Virus record (IMG/VR): IMGVR_UViG_3300017917_005108
Coordinates: 64,001 to 128,000 of that record
From: a virus
Direction: 5' to 3' (one strand)
Length of the DNA: 64,000 nucleotides
Shown here: piece by piece, positions 58,212 to 64,000 of the stretch
Layout of the letters: each line of letters starts with the position of its first letter
Numbering within the stretch: position 1 is the first letter of the stretch
The notes under the pieces: generated by a model
Seen by the model: only the letters and a program-made list of their open reading frames with translations
The model's database searches: none
What the model was told of the DNA's origin: nothing
Program-made: the position numbers and the translations under genes

Positions 58212-58235
58212 TATTTTTATTTTTCATTATATAAT
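58208..58235 (+). promoter_or_regulatory. Representative sigma70-type promoter TTGATA-N16-TATAAT, 6 nt before ATG
   Basis: Same architecture at 14551-14578(-), 15988-16015(-), 17340-17367(-), 24854-24881(-), 25251-25278(-), 30752-30779(-), 44540-44567(-), 45885-45912(+), 46499-46526(+). Confidence 0.8.
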
Positions 58236-58241
58236 ACACAC

Positions 58242-58826
58242 ATGATTATAGAGCAAAAAGTTTATGATGGTAAGCTAATACATAGTAGATTTGCATACAA
58301 ATTTTTTAAAGATAAGACTCTTCCTATTGGAAATATTGTAGCATTTAGAGCTCCGATGCACGTTGAATTGGATGGTATGATTGATTCTGAAGATTTAATT
58401 AATAATGATTTTATCTATAGCGACGATGCAATTAATTTTTGCTGGGAAATTCCTTACCTCGATGCATTTGGTGCTGTAGCTTGGCAAAGGCTATTCAATA
58501 CACAAATAGCGCATGTGTTAGGCAACAAATATCTAAAAGCTCCTATTGAAGTAGATGGTGATGATCTAATTGTACATAAAGAGCATGCACAGGGTGGTGT
58601 CACTCAAAAGAAAGGTAAGTGCAGTGTGAGTATTACATATTCAAAAAACAATGTAACGCTCGGTCATACAGGAATTAATATTAATGCTGGTAAAAAAGCT
58701 CCTGCTTTTGCTTACTCTACTAATTTAACAGAAGAGCAGGCAAAAGAATTTATGAAAGATATTATTGACATATTTTATACTCTTAACGATGATATTTTTA
58801 TTGCTACTTCAAAAGTAATTTGCTAA
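58242..58826 (+). CDS. DUF366-family protein (biotin/lipoate-ligase-like fold)
   Basis: 'YDGK..H..FAY', 'IVAFR', 'IDSED', 'QRL', 'GDDL', 'KCSVSI', 'HTGINI'. Confidence 0.7.
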   Translation: MIIEQKVYDGKLIHSRFAYKFFKDKTLPIGNIVAFRAPMHVELDGMIDSEDLINNDFIYSDDAINFCWEIPYLDAFGAVAWQRLFNTQIAHVLGNKYLKAPIEVDGDDLIVHKEHAQGGVTQKKGKCSVSITYSKNNVTLGHTGININAGKKAPAFAYSTNLTEEQAKEFMKDIIDIFYTLNDDIFIATSKVIC

Positions 58827-59194
58827 TGTCTATTTTTGACTTTTTAAAAGATCTTCTTTTTTTTAAGAGTAAAAGAAGTTTATCAAACATTGATAGTGAG
58901 AGCAGCTTCTCGCCATATATGGTTAATAGATGGGCAAGTATGTATTCAAATACTGTAGCGCTTTATAGTAATATATTAAACAAATATCTTATGTTTAGTC
59001 CAAATAAAGAAGATTTGTTTGGGCTTTTTCTTGCAGTTTTACCTAGAGTGCCGCAAAGAAAAATTACTTATTATAAAAAAAATAAAGAAGAAAAAAGTGA
59101 TAATGATGAAAATATAGTACTTTTAGCTAAATCGTTAGAGCTTTCTACAAAAGAAATAGAAAAGTATATTGATACGTTGAAATGTAATAAATAA
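58826..59194 (+). CDS. 62: Clamp loader small subunit (gp62-like)
   Basis: 'IFDFL', 'FSPYMVNRWASM', 'ITYYKK', 'ELSTKEIEKY'. Confidence 0.65.
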   Translation: MSIFDFLKDLLFFKSKRSLSNIDSESSFSPYMVNRWASMYSNTVALYSNILNKYLMFSPNKEDLFGLFLAVLPRVPQRKITYYKKNKEEKSDNDENIVLLAKSLELSTKEIEKYIDTLKCNK

Positions 59195-59209
59195 AAGCTA
59201 ATTATTATT

Positions 59210-59653
59210 ATGCCTGCTGATATAGACCTCCTACCTACACAAAAAAGTTTAATTGATTTATCTGAATTACCTAAGAATTCATTTAACTCTATGTTCACCG
59301 GATATAACCTTAAGAAGCTCTTAGATGATGTTATGCTTGTTAAGTTTGTTGATGAAACAGATGATGGTAAGTCTATCATGAGAAATGGTATTGTAGTACC
59401 AATTAATGCTGATACACGTGCATGGAGAATCGGTGAAGTTATTCTTGCAGGTCCAAATGTTAAACATACAGCGATTGGTGATTATGTTTGCTTTCCTAAT
59501 AATCTTGGCATACCTGTTGCTAATATAGATGTTGATGGATACGGTACTCTAATTAAGGGTATTTTTCTAAATGAGCAAAGAATATTTGGAATATGCTCTG
59601 TAAGTAAACAAAAAGAAACTATAGCTGCGAACGTCCTCAAGAAGAAAAAATAA
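59210..59653 (+). CDS. GroES-like co-chaperonin
   Basis: 'DDVMLVK', 'GIVVP', 'GEVILAGPNVK...GDYV', 'LNEQRIFG'. Confidence 0.75.
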   Translation: MPADIDLLPTQKSLIDLSELPKNSFNSMFTGYNLKKLLDDVMLVKFVDETDDGKSIMRNGIVVPINADTRAWRIGEVILAGPNVKHTAIGDYVCFPNNLGIPVANIDVDGYGTLIKGIFLNEQRIFGICSVSKQKETIAANVLKKKK

Positions 59654-59656
59654 TAA

Positions 59657-60034
59657 ATGAAGGTGTCTTTGTCTACTTTAAAGACAATTCTTCTTACTAA
59701 CGTAGCAGAAATAAAATTTTTTCGTAAACGCCCTAAACCTGGATTTCCCCCTACAAGACGAATGCTATGTACTAATAGTTTTCCTCTTCTTAATAGCCCT
59801 GAAGGTAGAATAGCACTAAACTTTAGACCAGCAAAATCTTTTCCAACCTTTAATACAGTAGAAAGAAATGTATTAATTGTGTGGGATATTTTTATGCAAA
59901 ATTTTAGGTGTGTCAATATGGCTGCTTGTAATTTAGTATCTGTAATACCTGCCAACAAAGAATTTTGGAAATACTTTAATCAAAAATTAGCTAGACTTTC
60001 AACAGCACAAAAAATAAATTTTATGAACAAATGA
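59657..60034 (+). CDS. SH3/WYL-like small phage protein
   Basis: 'EIKFFRKR...RRMLCT', 'VWDIF...FRCV'. Confidence 0.55.
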   Translation: MKVSLSTLKTILLTNVAEIKFFRKRPKPGFPPTRRMLCTNSFPLLNSPEGRIALNFRPAKSFPTFNTVERNVLIVWDIFMQNFRCVNMAACNLVSVIPANKEFWKYFNQKLARLSTAQKINFMNK

Positions 60035-60378
60035 TATCACCAGAAATAATAGAAAATGAAGTTTCAAAGAACCTTCAAAAAAAGGTAGACTTTGTTATTG
60101 AAAAAAAAGTCATTAAATCTGGCAAAATACTTTTATTTAGTATAAAAGATTTTTACTGTAACTTTCTTTTATATGTAGAGGAAAAAAAGAAAAAAGTTTT
60201 GTTTGAAATTCCTTATCCATATAGCTACCAGCAGACAGATTCTGGATTAATATTTGATTATACTATTGATACTTTTTTTAAGAATAACCCTCATATGCCT
60301 GAATGCATGAGTATGTTTAGAGGTACAAAGACTTCCAAACTTTTTAATAAAAAGCTTATATTAAAAATTTACATTTAA
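60031..60378 (+). CDS. Hypothetical protein
   Basis: ATGA-coupled ORF. Confidence 0.6.
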   Translation: MISPEIIENEVSKNLQKKVDFVIEKKVIKSGKILLFSIKDFYCNFLLYVEEKKKKVLFEIPYPYSYQQTDSGLIFDYTIDTFFKNNPHMPECMSMFRGTKTSKLFNKKLILKIYI

Positions 60379-60407
60379 AAGGTACAAATAGGTTATATAA
60401 TATATTT

Positions 60408-62039
60408 GTGTTTAGCCGTTATTTAAATCATTTTCCTAAAGACTATAGTCCCTCAGAACAGCAAACAAAACTAATCAAAAGTGTTGAAAGAGCTTTTAAT
60501 AGAGGAAAGAAATTTGTTATAGCTTGTGCACCAACAGGATCAGGAAAAAGCTTTCTATCAAAGACATTATCTGGACTAGGTCAAAAGCCATCAACAGAAT
60601 TTAAAACGCTTATTGAAACATATAAAGCATACAAGCAGGATTATACCGGAAATTATATAAATGAAGTCGACTGTTTAAAGCAACCTCCATTCGGGACATT
60701 TGCTCTTACTATAACCAAATCTTTACAAGACCAGTATCTATCACTCTTTCCAGATACAGACTTATTAAAAGGTAAAACAAATTATGTATGTAATGTAGAT
60801 CAAAATTTTGATGTAGAAACAGCTCCTTGTCTGTTTATAAGCTCTTTAAAAGATGAATGCTGCAGTCAAAAAAAATGCTTATACTATAATGCAAGAAATA
60901 CTGCACTCTTATCTCAATTTTCAGTTCTAAACTATAAGATGTTTCTTTCTCTCCCAAAGCATTTAAAAAGAAAAAATTTTATTATATGTGACGAAGCATC
61001 AGAATTAGAAGAAGAACTCGTTAAACAATTCTCAGCTGAAGTTAACTATGACAAGTTAAAAAATTATGGTATTGTTTGTAGACAGCTGACTACAGAAAGT
61101 TATGAAAAAATTAGAAACTGGATGTATGATCTTCTTCTCAGCATAGGCGAAAAAACAAACACACTTATAGTAAAAGCTAGTAAAAAACAAAATATGCTAT
61201 CACAACCAGATAGAATAAAATTATTATACCTTAAAAACCTATCTAATTCTCTAACCATGATAGATACATTGTGGAAAGAATGTGAATTTATAATTGATAA
61301 AGATTTAAAACGTGCAGTCTTTACTCCTTTAAAGGCAGATAAAATATCAAAACATATATTTGATTATGCTGATAATGTCTTACTAATGTCAGCAACTATT
61401 ATTGATCATAAAAACTTTGCAAAATCTCTTGGTATAACAGATTATGAATATGTTGAAGTTGAGAGTGAATTTAACCCAGAAAGATCTCCAATTTATGTTT
61501 CTTCAAAGCATAAACTAAATTATAAAAATTACAAAGTAATTTTACCAGAGATTGCTACACAAATAAAAAGCTTAACAGAAATGCATAAGAACGACAAAGG
61601 CATTATACATACACATAGTCAAGAGATTACAAATATACTTAAAGATAAGCTAAAGGGCAATAGAAGATTTTTATTTAGAGATGAAACATCTAATAATGAA
61701 GATATTTTAAAGGAGCATTATAACTCAGATTTTCCTACCATATTAGTTTCACCGTCATTATCATATGGTGTCGATCTTAAAGACGACTTAGCAAGATTTC
61801 AAATTATTGTAAAGCTCCCCTATCCACCTCTTTCTGTAAAGCGTGTTAAAAAGCTGTTTGATATTGATAAAGACTGGTATGAGAATAAAATGCTTAATAC
61901 ATTAGTACAAGCATGTGGGAGAGCAACAAGAAGTAAAAATGATTTTTCTACTACGTATATACTTGATGGAAATGTAGTAAACGTTTTAAAAAGAACAAAA
62001 AATAAGCTTCCTGCATCATTCATTGAAAGAATCGTTTAA
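60408..62039 (+). CDS. DinG/XPD-like SF2 helicase
   Basis: 'APTGSGKS', 'LQDQY', 'KGKTNYVC', 'DEA', 'MSAT', 'GVDL', 'KLPYP', 'QACGRATR'. Confidence 0.85.
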   Translation: MFSRYLNHFPKDYSPSEQQTKLIKSVERAFNRGKKFVIACAPTGSGKSFLSKTLSGLGQKPSTEFKTLIETYKAYKQDYTGNYINEVDCLKQPPFGTFALTITKSLQDQYLSLFPDTDLLKGKTNYVCNVDQNFDVETAPCLFISSLKDECCSQKKCLYYNARNTALLSQFSVLNYKMFLSLPKHLKRKNFIICDEASELEEELVKQFSAEVNYDKLKNYGIVCRQLTTESYEKIRNWMYDLLLSIGEKTNTLIVKASKKQNMLSQPDRIKLLYLKNLSNSLTMIDTLWKECEFIIDKDLKRAVFTPLKADKISKHIFDYADNVLLMSATIIDHKNFAKSLGITDYEYVEVESEFNPERSPIYVSSKHKLNYKNYKVILPEIATQIKSLTEMHKNDKGIIHTHSQEITNILKDKLKGNRRFLFRDETSNNEDILKEHYNSDFPTILVSPSLSYGVDLKDDLARFQIIVKLPYPPLSVKRVKKLFDIDKDWYENKMLNTLVQACGRATRSKNDFSTTYILDGNVVNVLKRTKNKLPASFIERIV

Positions 62040-62050
62040 TAAATAATAAA

Positions 62051-62857
62051 GTGAAGAACATTACTTTTCACTTTGAAGTAAAAGACCTGCTTACACAGTT
62101 TGTTGCCGCATTTGACAACATTATTATAAAGAGATATGACAGTAATAGGGTGCCACAAAACCTATTGCAAGTAAGATATGTGTACTCTCCAAAACAAAGA
62201 GTTATTTTTGATCTAGTAAACAAGGCTCAAAATATCACTGTACCAGTAGTAGCAGTCAGTATTTCAAATATTAGCAGAGATGAGTCAAGAGTTTTTAATA
62301 AAATTTCTGGCTATTACTATTCACAAGCAACATCAGATATTTCTGCTAAAACTAAGAGTACTCATTTTAATAGTCCAGTGCCTGTCAATATAACCGTTAA
62401 CATGTCAATTTTAGCTAAGTTTCAATCTGACATGGATCAAATTATTAGTAATTTTATCCCCTACAGCAATCCTTATATTATTCTTTCCTGGAAAGTACCT
62501 GAGGGTCTTTTTCCCGAAGGCTCTTCTTACCCGCAAGAAATAAGAAGTGAAGTTCTTTGGGATGGTAATATTGCTATGAGTTATCCTACAGATATTACAG
62601 CAAATGAAAAATATAGAATAGCTGGAGATACAACCTTTACAATAAAAGGATGGCTGTTTACTGCTGTTGATCAAAGCGCTGGAAATATATTTTATATAGA
62701 TAACAACTTTACAGCAGCCTCGGTTCTCTCTAATAGCTTAACACTATCTACATTTAGCCCCCCGCTGTCTACAGGCGTAATTAGTGATACAGAGTATGTA
62801 GGTGTATCTGGATTTCCTCAACTTACCAATGCTGACTATACGTTTCAACAGATATGA
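62051..62857 (+). CDS. 15: Tail sheath stabilizer/terminator (gp15)
   Basis: 'FVAAFDNIIIKR', 'YSPKQR', 'PVPVNI', 'DMDQIISN', 'FTIKGWLF'. Confidence 0.82.
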   Translation: MKNITFHFEVKDLLTQFVAAFDNIIIKRYDSNRVPQNLLQVRYVYSPKQRVIFDLVNKAQNITVPVVAVSISNISRDESRVFNKISGYYYSQATSDISAKTKSTHFNSPVPVNITVNMSILAKFQSDMDQIISNFIPYSNPYIILSWKVPEGLFPEGSSYPQEIRSEVLWDGNIAMSYPTDITANEKYRIAGDTTFTIKGWLFTAVDQSAGNIFYIDNNFTAASVLSNSLTLSTFSPPLSTGVISDTEYVGVSGFPQLTNADYTFQQI

Positions 62858-63189
62858 ACTATATAACACTTTCACCTGCTAATACCGCTTTTATATCTTT
62901 AGAAGGATATTTTTATGATAAAACAATATTTGTATATCTTAGCAGTGTAAACAATTCAATTTTTCCGTATGTATGTGCGGTAAATTTATTTCCTAATAAT
63001 TCAGAATTATATGCAAGCTTTCCAACTATAACAGGTTATCCCTATTATAACTATACAATTGTAAATTACAATTATCTTAAAATTGCTGTTTCAGATATAC
63101 CTCAACCTGGTATATATGATTTAATAGTAGGTAATAATGCAGGCTATACTACACTATCAATAAAGGGATTTCTACTATCAGCTACATAA
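62854..63189 (+). CDS. Small beta-rich (Ig-like?) structural protein
   Basis: ATGA-coupled to gp15; 'PGIYDLIVGNNAGY'. Confidence 0.55.
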   Translation: MNYITLSPANTAFISLEGYFYDKTIFVYLSSVNNSIFPYVCAVNLFPNNSELYASFPTITGYPYYNYTIVNYNYLKIAVSDIPQPGIYDLIVGNNAGYTTLSIKGFLLSAT

Positions 63190-63234
63190 AATGCTAGATA
63201 TTTAAATACTTTAATATATCATAAATAATACTAT

Positions 63235-64000
63235 ATGGCGGACTCTAATCGCGAATCTACATTTGGAAGAGATTTAATGAAGTTTGTTTCTTCTAAATTA
63301 CCGTACCAATCTGTAGATACTAATGCAAAAGTAAATCAGTTAAACCCAAAGTATGAATTGTTTTATAATCAAACTACAAAGTTTAATGATGCTTTAACAA
63401 GACAGTCTATCTCTAACTCTACTGTTTATTCTGATGACATGTTTGCAAATGTTATCAAGAATAAAGATTTTCATGAATTCATGTATGCTAATATACAACC
63501 TGATAAAGGTAGAAGGCTCATGGATTATAGAGTCATGGCTGCTTTTGCTGAAGTTGCAGATGCTTTAGATGAAATTTGCGATGAATTTATTAATAAAGAT
63601 GAAAATGGCGAAATTGTAAAAGTGCTTTTTAAAGATTCTGATTTATCTGAAACACAAAAAAATGAAGTAAGAAGAGAGTTTCAAAAATATATAGATCATT
63701 TTGATTTAGAGACTAAGGGATGGGAGTACTGTAGACACTTGCTTGTTGATGCAGAGTTGTATTGGGAGCATATAGTCCATAAGGACCATAAAGATAAAGG
63801 TGTATTAGGAGTACTACAAATTCCCTCTGACACAATTGATCCTATCTATCAAAATGTACAGAATATGGATGTAAAGGGATTCCTGCTCCGTAAGCCAATT
63901 TATGATTCTAAGAATCCAGGTAAGGTTGTAAAGACAGAATTAATTCCTCTCGATTTAAATCAAGTCTCATATGTAAATTCTGGTATATGGAATGAATCTA
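63235..64000 (+). CDS. 20: Portal protein (gp20), truncated by the window edge
   Basis: Manual translation MADSNRESTFGRDL...; 'YRVMAAFAEVADALDEICDE', 'LVDAELYWEHI'; TAAATA at 63222-63227. Confidence 0.88.
   Translation, partial: MADSNRESTFGRDLMKFVSSKLPYQSVDTNAKVNQLNPKYELFYNQTTKFNDALTRQSISNSTVYSDDMFANVIKNKDFHEFMYANIQPDKGRRLMDYRVMAAFAEVADALDEICDEFINKDENGEIVKVLFKDSDLSETQKNEVRREFQKYIDHFDLETKGWEYCRHLLVDAELYWEHIVHKDHKDKGVLGVLQIPSDTIDPIYQNVQNMDVKGFLLRKPIYDSKNPGKVVKTELIPLDLNQVSYVNSGIWNES

Noticed and set aside
60408-62039. DinG helicase as part of a type IV CRISPR system
   Set aside because: No csf/cas genes or array lie nearby, and the neighbours are ordinary phage genes.
181-62674. Many short antisense or alternate-frame ORFs in the track (e.g. 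181-495, 2116-2343, 17596-17934, 48773-49204, 59482-59958)
   Set aside because: They lie wholly or largely within well-supported genes, show the Ser/Leu/Phe-rich composition of shadow frames, and have no promoter box.
1-64000. Stop-codon reassignment, as seen in some large phages
   Set aside because: Core genes are full length in the standard code, and TAA, TGA and TAG all end genes at sensible positions.
1-64000. tRNA, rRNA, CRISPR array or large ncRNA
   Set aside because: Intergenic gaps are nearly all under about 70 nt, and I saw no repeat-spacer or cloverleaf pattern. tRNAscan/Infernal were not run.

Overview
This is a 64 kb, very AT-rich, densely coding segment of a large T4-like (myovirus-type) phage genome, read in the standard genetic code. 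Structural genes include gp26/51-like baseplate hub proteins, gp19 tube, gp18 sheath, gp3, gp17 terminase, gp14, gp15 and the 5' part of the gp20 portal. Replication and recombination genes include gp61, gp45, gp32, gp41, UvsX, gp43, gp46/47, gp55 late sigma, UvsW, UvsY, gp62 and a DinG-like helicase. Accessory content: a ribosomal protein bS21; a scattered 7-deazaguanine pathway (FolE, QueD, QueE, a variant QueC, a stand-alone class II glutamine amidotransferase, DUF366) with no DpdA/TGT in view; nucleotide-sugar enzymes; and about ten glycosyltransferase-like genes. Three patterns stand out. (1) More than 20 genes have the late box TAAATA mostly 5-7 nt before the start codon, and about 10 others have TTGAWN-N16-TANNNT 5-8 nt before it, which predicts leaderless mRNAs across both temporal classes in a phage that also carries its own bS21. 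(2) A cohort of late proteins begins with T4 capsid-targeting-like peptides, among them a ligase-fold enzyme, a HIGH nucleotidyltransferase and a retropepsin-like protease, suggesting virion-packaged enzymatic cargo. (3) The deazaguanine and glycosylation chemistry has no visible DNA-insertion enzyme. All functional calls come from motif recognition by eye; no database searches were run.
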